Assembly (NCBI RefSeq): GCF_006345805.1
Contig: NC_042999.1
Location: 38,068,001 to 38,132,000, forward strand
From: Octopus sinensis
Lineage: Eukaryota
Direction: 5' to 3'
DNA length: 64,000 nucleotides
Shown: positions 54,650 to 64,000 of the stretch, one piece after another
How positions within the stretch are numbered: the stretch's first letter is position 1
How the letters are laid out: every line of letters begins with the position of its first letter
The notes under the pieces: generated by a model
What the model saw: only the letters and a program-made list of their open reading frames with translations
The model's database searches: none
Told to the model about the DNA's origin: nothing
Translations under genes and position numbers: made by a program

Positions 54650-57179
54650 ATGCACACTATAAGAATTCAAAGAAATCAAGATAGAACGGCTGCAGTAAGA
54701 ATGTATTTTGACTATAGCTTTTCGTCATCAGCTTTGACTTGAGCCAAACAAGAATAACAACTCATTATCTTGTTTTTAATATATGCACAATTGCACCAAT
54801 TATTGAAAAGGTCAATAATCTCACTTTAGTGCTTGATTACTACTGACATTTTCATTTACGCAGAGACAAAATAAAACGATGGTTATGTGAAGAGTCCTAA
54901 TTAAATCTTTCCTTCTTTCGTCACTTTGCTTCTCAAAATCTCTACGGAATCGTAGGAGTATGGTCGTTAGATACTGTGAATCTTGGGCAATAACATTAAT
55001 CAAGTGTGTTAAAACGCTATCCTCGAATGTCCCATACATTTAAATTTCCAAATATATAACCTATATGATTCGACACGTTCTCGTAAAGTATGACTTGCAT
55101 AAAAAAATTACTATAATGAATTTGGAGCACGAAATCCCCTCGTACAGAATGTCCTGCACTGAAAAGCTTAAATACACACTCTACAAGAATCAAAATTTAT
55201 TGTCTCCCAAAAGTAATACAAGAGGAAAGATAATAAAATATATCAAATAAATTCTGATAGGCAACAGACCCCAAAGCATTATAACGCACTATGATCAAAT
55301 AATATCAAAATAGAAAAGTAAGTGATAACTTTATGGGACTATACGGAAGTCTACTAATACATATTAATTGTTCTCGGTGGCTCTGTTTGGTTCGATACAG
55401 TTTTTAGGCGATTCTGATAGGGTAGAGATGATAAGTGTTGATTGACATTACTTAAGATGCTTATAGTATTTACTTTATTAAATGACTAACTGATAAAATA
55501 AATTCTAATAAGTAGAGACTAATACAAGGCAGACATATTCAACCTACTTATTCTATCGTTTATAGAAATATAGCACCCTCGAGCGGGGCAATGCTAAGAC
55601 TTATGGGAATAAGATAATCTTTAGAGAAGAAGTCTGAAGTGAATACTTATAAGAGATTATACTCATTTAATGACATCAAAACACCGTGTAGTGCTTAACT
55701 AGGCGACGGTTTAAATCCGTAGTTTAAGAAAAAGGAACATAGCTATCCTCCAACCATTCTCTACACCATGAATCCTCTGTTGCTTTTGTAACGTAATATC
55801 ATCAAGTTAGGAATACCGCTAACTGACTCTTGGATGCTTTAATAGATTTTAGTCTCTTGCAGGCATCTGGCCGGAGACGAAATAACTTCAATAAATTCTA
55901 ACACATTTTCTCGAAATGCCAAAAAAATTCTAAAAGAAAAAATTACAGAAGTAAACACCCTGGATATGGACAGTTTTCACTCCTTTTCTCCAATCTCTAT
56001 AGTATCCCTTCCAGTTTAGGTTCCACTTGTTATTTTCTGCTGAAATGTTGACGACTCCACGTATTATTCCTCTCCGAATCATAAATCTCATACTCCCTGT
56101 ATCCAGCCTATCTCAGCTGTCCTAGCTACACTCTCTATTCTACCTTCACTCAGAAATTTGGTGCTTGCACTTTTGTAGACTCCTCTTTCTCTCGCATTAC
56201 GGTATTTGAATGCTTGGTGGACCGATGTTTTCCGTTTTCTTATAGATATAAATCGTCGACCATTCAAGCACTACATATTATATTTATGCCATTAAAGGAG
56301 TATAATCTGCCTGTCTGTGTGTGAGGTGGAATTTAAAATTTTAAGTCATCATTTAGTGTTTAGCTGTGGATCCATAACTTCTGTGTTCAACTTTCGATTA
56401 AAAAGAATGATGCACAACTATTAAAAAAAAAAAAAAAACTAGGGCGATTTAATGCTGATCATTCACACCACTCCGAAACGAAGTGACGGATGATATTAAG
56501 AGAATATTGATTGGGAAGGGAATTTTTTCAAGATATATCAAGTAGAAAAAAATTATGAAGAAAATTATGTTTTTAAAATTATTTTGTTGTAAATATGGGG
56601 AGAAAAGACCGGTGGTTTGGCAGAATCTTTACACTGTCATGAGTTATTAAGGTAAGGATCTTTATCTTCACCGTCACAATTTCGTCGCGGTTGATAAAAT
56701 GCAGATTTTCTTAAGTAGAGGATTGATTTAACTACCACTACAAAATGCATTGCTTGCGCCAATTTTACAAACAAATCTTTATTACTTCCACTCACGGTAG
56801 TTTGGGTAACAATTTTACAGTATTTGCTTGCAGCTGTTAATGTCATGATTTCAAAGATTTGCATTTCATCGATCCTGATTCTATAAAATATATAGCAGGA
56901 TTTTGTCCTTTTAATTGTCTATACACATGCTCCACGTTTAAGGCTGCGTACCCAAGTTATAAATCAGTATTTGTTCTTATAGATAATTCGGTTAATGATA
57001 ATGTTGTGTTGAAATATTTTCTTCAGATTATTGATATGAAACGTCGTCGAATTTCGTTATTGATTGTTGATTTTTCCTTTCCTGTGCAAACGATTTTAGA
57101 GATTCTGTTTCGGAAAATGATGTTAATGGAAACTACAGCCGTAGAGATACAGTTGAAGTTACATAAAGTTTGACGGTGG

Positions 57180-57497
57180 TGGATGTGGTAAAACTGATGA
57201 TGGTAATGATTAGGACGACGGCGAAGACAATAATGAGAACAGCAATGACTAAAGGTGATGACAACGATAGTAATGATTAATATGATGGTAACGGTGCTGA
57301 GAGTAATGATGATGAAGATGATGATGACGATATCGTCGACAATGACGATGATGATGAAAATGATGTTGAAGATGATGACGATATCGACGACGACGACAAT
57401 GATTATCAATATGATGATGATGATAACTAATATGACGATGATGATGATGGTAATGATGGTGACGGCGGTGATGATGATGACGGTGATGATGATGACA

Positions 57498-57534
<37 letters not shown>

Positions 57535-57748
57535 CGACGATGATGTTAATGATAATGTTGATGATGATGCTGATGATGAGAAGGATGATGATGATGAAAA
57601 ACCTCAGCTTCTGTATCGTCGCTAAAGGCGTGTGATGAATATGAGAATCAAGAAGAATTATGAAAATTGATGATGATGATGACGATGACGATGAGGACGG
57701 CGATGATGATAATGATGATGACGACGACGACGACGACAGCAACGATTA
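57180..57748. repeat. Degenerate (GAT/GAC)n trinucleotide tract
   Basis: Read directly; source of the poly-Met, poly-Ile and poly-Ser ORFs. Confidence 0.92.
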
Positions 57749-58144
57749 ATAGGCTGTAACGGTGGTGCTGGTGGCCTTGAGGTTTCATATTGGCTGATAA
57801 AATTTATGAGAAACATTCGCATAATATTTTACAATAATCATTTTATCAATTCATAAATTCCATTTGCTTGACGTATGTGAGTTTGGAGTCATCTCAACGT
57901 CTCAGTTCCTGAAGCTCATCTGAATTCATATAGCAGTTCAAAACCATATTTTATTCTGTCGATAAATTTCCCTTAAATTCATTGATTCCTGTTTTTATTC
58001 TTTTTCCAAATGTACATATAGTCTTAAATATGTATATATATATATATATACAAATACATACGTACACGTATGCGTATCTATCTACGTATATGTGTGAGCA
58101 CGTATATTTTTTGTCTGTATATATATATTCATAAATAGATAATG

Positions 58145-58180
<36 letters not shown>

Positions 58181-58611
58181 GTGTGTGTGTGTGTGTGTGC
58201 GTACGTGCGTGTGTGTGTGAGTGTGTGTGTGCGTGCGTGAGCCTGTTTTTTAAGCTAACTAATATATATACATCTATTTATATATATATATATATATACG
58301 TATATATATATGTGTAAATCTATATACAAATTTATATTCACATGTATATATATACACACACATATATATACGTATATATATATATATATATATATATATG
58401 CATATTTATATACATGCATATATATGTATACATGCATACACACGAACATATATATTCATATACACTTATACTTATCTCTACATGGAAAAAACACTATAGA
58501 ATCAAATAAATAAATATATATATATAAACATATATAAAGTGTGTATGCATACTTACATATATACATATATACAAGTTTATATATATATATATATATATAT
58601 GTGTATATATG

Positions 58612-58661
<50 letters not shown>

Positions 58662-58959
58662 CATAAATTGGCAGATATTTCGTGAGAGAGGAGGGTGAGA
58701 AAGAAATATATAAATAGACACATATACCCGCACAAAAGTTTTCATTCTTTTACAGGTTTCGTCGTTTTAACAGACCACCCGGATATACGCATAAAAAATA
58801 GTCAGGCCAAAAGTTATTCAGTTCCAATAAAATTGAGCAGAAGTTAACTTTAAAATCTACGCTTTCTGGTAGACAAAAGGAAAAAACTTATTTCTTCATG
58901 AAGTTGTGTATATAAGTTTCAGAGTAAGTAATGTTTCACATCAATATTAACCGAAAAAG

Positions 58960-60400
58960 AATCCGAAACATGCAACGTAATGGGTTATAGGTACCGGAAG
59001 ATGATATCAGATTGCTGAGCAATTTTGATGGATATAAGTACCTTGGAGTATTGCCGGATGAGAAATGAGAATGAAAATAGTAGAAGAGAAGGCTCAAGAA
59101 TTTGAACGAAATAAAACTAAATGTAGAAAATATTATAAAGACAATGACCACACAGGCCATGCTAATGTTGATGGTGATTCTTTTTTAAAGCGAGATGGGA
59201 TTATTGACTAAACCCATCTCCTCAAATTTCAGGCCTTGTGCCCATAATAGAAAGGATTATTATTGCCTTACATTCTTTCAAGGTCAGTAAAATGAGTTAT
59301 TGACTAATCCCATCTCCTCAAATTTCAGGCCTTGTGCCCATAATAGAAAGAATTCTTTTTTAAAGCGAAGAAAGACGGAGATATAGACATTAAATAGAAC
59401 ACGTGGGCAGCTACTCACAATATATGCGTGCCACCTATATATGCGTGCCACCTATAGATATTACCAACAAATTGTTTACCACGAAGGAAAAGAATCCAGG
59501 TTTGTTAAACGCAAAAGGCACAATTAGTAGCGCCAATAGAGGGTTTCAAAATCTATATTGTGTATAGTGAAGGAAAACTCAATCTACTTCTAGAGACATC
59601 TGAATGTCACTGAAGTAGTAAACGAATTTAAGAACAGAATGAAGAATGACAGGAAAAACAGCTGGAAAAAAGAAAGAAATATTTTGTCAATTCAAGCTAC
59701 AAATCAAAGATTTCGGAATACTAGCCATCGCTGATAAAGGGAAACGTGATACAAGAAATGGAAACACAAATTGCAGGTGCTCAGGAACAAGATGTTCAAA
59801 CCAAATTTCTATCAAAGAAAAAACTGAAAACAATCAACCAGGGTGTACAGAAGCTGCGACAAATGAGATGAAAATATTTTCTATCTCCGAAGCGAATATT
59901 GTACGTTAGCACAAATAGTCGGTAAAAGGGTATCCTGGGGTGTTGGTATAGTTTGTGAATTCGAATTGGCATGAAAGTAGTATGAACGCGTTCTAGAGGT
60001 TGTGATAGTGAATGATAGTTCAAGAAATTCATGGTATCTCTCGCTAGAGGCTGACTACAGCATTGAAGGAGACCAGGTATAATCGCAGTGAAAAATAAAA
60101 GAAAGTTTTGTAAGATCATAAGCTTTGCAATACTATTTCATAGTAGATAGAGGTGTCAAATCAATACAGGCTGCTCAGATATCGACGTGGCCAGAGAGAT
60201 GAAGTAATAAATTGATAAAGGAAGACAAAGGTACAATTGTTCCTGTCGTAATTAGTGCATTTGGACCAACACTCAGACTACTACCAAAGAGACTGAAATA
60301 TGTTCGGGCTGAGACACGTATTGTCAACAAGCAGGCACGTACCGTCTTGTATTCTGCATGAATCCTATGAAGAATAAAAGCAGCATGTAATAACTTTAAA
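58960..60400 (+). pseudogene. Old, fragmented R4/Dong-like LINE
   Basis: FDGYKYLGVL (~59030), IAGAQEQDVQT (~59770), PVVISAFG and ARTVLYSA*IL (~60240-60370); interrupted by SINE tails. Confidence 0.7.
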
Positions 60401-60464
60401 ACAATAATAATGTTAAAAAAAAAAAAAAAAATAATAATAATAATAATAATAATAATAATCCTTT

Positions 60465-60660
60465 CTAGTATAGGCATACAGCTTGAGATTTTGGAGGAGG
60501 GGTAAACAGATTACATCGACCCCAGTGCTCAAGTTGTACTCGACCCATAAAGAAGGAAAGGCAAAGTCGATCTCAGCGGAATTTGAACTCAGAACGCCAA
60601 GATGGTCGAAATGCTGCATAGTATTGGTCTCGGTGTGCTAAGGATTCTGCCAGTTCACTG
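60465..60660 (-). mobile_element. Diverged SINE family C copy
   Basis: gattacatcgaccccagtgc...ggcaaagtcgatctcagcggaatttgaactcagaacg. Confidence 0.82.
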
Positions 60661-60663
60661 CGT

Positions 60664-60699
<36 letters not shown>

Positions 60700-60764
60700 T
60701 ACTACTACTACTACTACTACTGCTACTACTGCTGCTGCTGCTACTGCTGCTGCTGCTGCTGCTG

Positions 60765-60809
<45 letters not shown>

Positions 60810-60893
60810 ACTACTACTACTACTATACTACTACTACTACTACTACTACTGCTACTACTGCTGCTGCTGCTACTGCTGCTGCTGCTGCTGCTG

Positions 60894-60941
<48 letters not shown>

Positions 60942-60949
60942 TAACAATT

Positions 60950-61310
60950 TAAAACTGTTAGCAAAATCAGCCTGAAATGGAGAGGCTTGTTGAGACTGTT
61001 CAGATGTGCAGCAAAGATATCGGGATGGTATTCGCTATCTCGAAGTGTGCGGTGCTCATTTTGATGTTTAAAGAGCAAATTGTAGAGGCGAGGCACAGAA
61101 TTGTCAAACGGAGAGAGAATCTGAAAAAAAAAACATCTGGTAACTTTAGAAATACCCTGCAATCTAGGCGTATTGCAAAAGTCGGCACTACTTCGAACTG
61201 CATGAATATTGCGTAAAGTACTCTCCGTATGGGGTCCTTGTTATGACTCGACAGACAGTACAAACCCCCGGTTCAATCAACAAATTCGCAATATTGTATT
61301 CTGTGCGACA
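60950..61310 (+). pseudogene. R4/Dong-like LINE RT fragment joined to a 3' UTR-like end with (TAA)n tail
   Basis: LVETVQMCSKDIGMVFAISKCAVL is homologous to the DIGMEFGLDKCA motif. Confidence 0.7.
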
Positions 61311-61313
61311 TCT

Positions 61314-61376
<63 letters not shown>

Positions 61377-61380
61377 TATA

Positions 61381-61432
<52 letters not shown>

Positions 61433-61494
61433 CGATGACAATAATAATCGTTTCTACTAAAGGTAGAATAGTTATCACGTCTTGTGCCAAAGTC

Positions 61495-61542
<48 letters not shown>

Positions 61543-61543
<1 letters not shown>

Positions 61544-61738
61544 GATTGAGAGAGCAATGTATACCATCAAAGTAACACTAGGGTAAAATATACGAAGCCC
61601 AGTATACCCATCATGACTATTCGTCTGATAAAGATACACCAGGCACATGCATCACAACCATATGTGCGCGACACGGTGATCTCATGATAACACTCCCAAT
61701 CAGTTAAGATCAGAAGCCATGAGAGACACTGCCTGGTA
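61543..61738 (-). mobile_element. Internally deleted copy of the ~543-bp element
   Basis: Both ends retained; gatctcat joined to gataacac (about 350 bp missing); ends in (ATT)n. Confidence 0.85.
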
Positions 61739-61841
61739 CTGCGGTGCATACTCTTCTATTTATTTGTGTATAACTTCTGGATGAGTAACCTCGGTCCTAT
61801 GTAGTCTTAGCAAAAATGAAGTAGACTCTCATGTAACTGTC

Positions 61842-61880
61842 GAACCTGTGGAAGGCACGCTGGATGCCGAAATATCGTTC
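61842..61880 (+). ncRNA. Minimal type I hammerhead-like ribozyme, copy 1 (A6U variant)
   Basis: GAAC-CTGTGGA-A-GGCA-cgctgga-TGCC-GAA-ATAT-C-GTTC. Confidence 0.65.
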
Positions 61881-61992
61881 AATCAATTTCACATGATATG
61901 AAACTTCTATTTATTTGTGTATAACTTCTGGGTAAGTAACATCGGTCCTATATAGTCTTAACAAAAATGAAGTAGACTGACATGTAACTGTC

Positions 61993-62031
61993 GAACCTGT
62001 GGAAGGCACGCTAGATGCCGAAATATCGTTC
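61993..62031 (+). ncRNA. Minimal type I hammerhead-like ribozyme, copy 2 (A6U variant)
   Basis: GAAC-CTGTGGA-A-GGCA-cgctaga-TGCC-GAA-ATAT-C-GTTC. Confidence 0.65.
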
Positions 62032-62071
62032 AACCAATTTCACATGATATGGCACTGTTCTATTTATTTGT

Positions 62072-62132
<61 letters not shown>

Positions 62133-62152
62133 TAATAATAATAATAATAATA

Positions 62153-62695
62153 TACCAGGCAGTGGCTCTCGTGGCTTCTGATCTTAACTGATTTGAAGTG
62201 TTATCATGTACACTGTTTTGTCTTGGTATAAAAGATGGGTTACAGCAAATATTCTGCTCAACACTACAGATTTGCTTGTCAGTTGTTTGACCTAAACCAG
62301 TTGAGCATGTCCCTTAGTGGCTGACGATATGTGCATCTCTGATCACGAGCAGAAGTAGTGGGGGAGCATCATAGCCATGTGTTGAGAGGGATTCTTTGGG
62401 GTTTGAATAATTCACCTCTGGAAACATGGGTGGTTATTTCAACATCCTTAAACAACCCTTATTCAGGGACCTTTTGAGCGGGATGGGCTACTCAACCTGA
62501 AGAAAATTCTAACTGGGCCCCACCTGCAAGGTCATGTGCTGTTTATCTTGATATGAGATCACCATGTCGCGCACATATGGTTGTGATGCATGTGCCTGGT
62601 GTACCCTTATCAGACGGGTAGTCATGATGGGTATATTGGGCTTCGTATATTTTACCCCAGTGTCCCTTTGATGGCATGAACTCCTCTCTCACTCA
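62153..62695 (+). mobile_element. ~543-bp non-coding element embedded in (TAA)n
   Basis: taccaggcagtggctctc...ctctctcactca(ataata)n; further copies or stubs at 31509, 61543, 34402-34436 and 45952-45986. Confidence 0.9.
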
Positions 62696-62723
62696 ATAAT
62701 AATAATAATAATAATAATAATAA

Positions 62724-63078
62724 GTGACTAAAACAATACCTGTTGTCATAGGTGCCCTGGGAATGATAGCAAAAGGGGCTGATTGCTACCTAACTCAGAT
62801 ACCAGAAAACCCCAAAATGGTAGAAATTCAAAAGATAGTGCTCATGGGAACTGCTTATATCCTACGCAAAATATTTTCTATGTAATCTCAATGTTTAAAA
62901 CAAACAGAATTTTCGTTTTTTTTTCTTTTTAGACATTCACTAGTACAACGCCAGAAAAAAAACCCAAATATACGGCGCACTAGGCATAACAACATGAACT
63001 TCCAACCTGTTGTCTCTTGAGGTCTCTGGGTGAGACTTGGAGCCAAATTGTACAAATATAAAGCAAATGTCAAACATA

Positions 63079-63080
<2 letters not shown>
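62724..63080 (+). pseudogene. R4/Dong-like LINE extreme 3' end with UTR, flanked by (TAA)n
   Basis: VTKTIPVVIGALGMIAKGADCYLTQIPENPKMVEIQKIVLMGTAYILRKIFSM*, followed by a UTR and (AAT)n. Confidence 0.88.
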
Positions 63081-63144
<64 letters not shown>

Positions 63145-63174
63145 TAATAATAATAATGAAATAATAATAATGAT

Positions 63175-63400
63175 AGGAAGTGCCCATTCTCGCTGTACAA
63201 GAATGTGCAACCAATAGGATGTGCAACGAGCATAGCGAGACAGTTAACAGCATCATCTGTGGCTGTTCAGTCTTTACCAAATCTCAGTATATATGCAGGT
63301 ATTACCGAGTAAGTAATTATATCCATTGGGCAATATGCCAATACTACAACGTAAAAACTGATAAGAAATGTTATAGACATGTGCCAAAAAGAAGGTACAA
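63175..63400 (+). pseudogene. R4/Dong-like LINE zinc-knuckle fragment
   Basis: ILAVQE..RMCNEHSETVNSIICGCS..QYICRYYRVSNYIHWAIC. Confidence 0.8.
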
Positions 63401-64000
63401 GACAACGTTCCTATAACTTAGCGAAACACCAAAAGTGACGATACAATGAGTACTAGATTCAAGAAAATTTCAGTTCTGTGGTCGATTTGTCCCACTAAAA
63501 GCGTTGAAAGCGGTGCCCCAGCATGGCTGCAGTCCAATGACTGAAGTAACTAATAAAACATAAAGATACGTTGTCGTCATCACCATTCATATTTTAAAAA
63601 AAAGCAGTAACAACAATACTAGCGACAAAATTTACTTGTGTATCTTTTTCTCTAAATCTCACATGAATTCCAGATAACTGAAATGATGTAGCATCTTCAA
63701 AAAGAATGCCTTTTGTTATAAAACGAAATAAAACTGCAAAAGGTATGGAATAAATAAAATAAATTTCAAAAAATATATATATATTTCTGAAACAGAGAAA
63801 AAATTAAACGTGAACATAAAATAAAATTATGGACATAAATGTAAATTCCCAAAGATATACACACAGGGATAGAATCGGATATTGTTCTGCTATAACTCAC
63901 AGTCACAGAGTCATACATACACATTTATGTACGATAACACGAAGACACTCGTGTATATAAAATGAAGGCTAATTTATAAATGTACATGAGCATACATTAG

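Larger units (their letters stand above)
61754..62074 (+). repeat. Tandem 151/153-bp repeat (2.1 units), each full unit carrying a minimal hammerhead-like motif
   Basis: Unit starts ttctatttatttgtgta at 61754, 61905 and 62058. Confidence 0.92.

Noticed and set aside
57105-57166. Possible terminal exon (RDSVSENDVNGNYSRRDTVEVT*) after ttttag
   Set aside because: Too short, and no partner exons or homology could be identified.
62158-62225. HDV-like ribozyme or U2 snRNA-derived head at the 5' end of the 543-bp element
   Set aside because: A P1-like pairing (ggcagtg/cactgtt) exists, but the P1.1 and L3 signature is absent; U2 similarity is only a few scattered bases.

Overview
AT-rich, microsatellite-saturated eukaryotic DNA. 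The repeat content (tRNA-derived SINE families with internal TA/CA tracts, R4/Dong-type LINE fragments, mariners) suggests a cephalopod, most likely Octopus; this is inference. I find no intact host protein-coding gene: nearly all ORFs in the track are translations of microsatellites, and the window reads as intronic or intergenic. Supported features: four tRNA-headed SINE families (called A-D here), two internally deleted mariners, a Tc2-like MITE, a non-autonomous Helitron, several fragments of restriction-like-endonuclease (R4/Dong-like) LINEs, and a ~543-bp non-coding element embedded in (TAA)n. The main signal not explained by ordinary annotation is a set of about 10 minimal type I hammerhead-ribozyme-like motifs from at least 6 unrelated short repeat families, of the kind known from Penelope-like elements and retrozymes. 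They include a head-to-tail pair spaced 151 bp apart with palindromic helix III (61754-62074), an element with a compensated U3:A8 core inside 58-bp inverted arms (22756-23072), and other fold-back structures. A second theme is SINE family C, which forms dimers and trimers with one head inside a single target-site duplication and also inserts into its own family at the same junction. Ribozyme activity is untested; all structure calls were made by eye.
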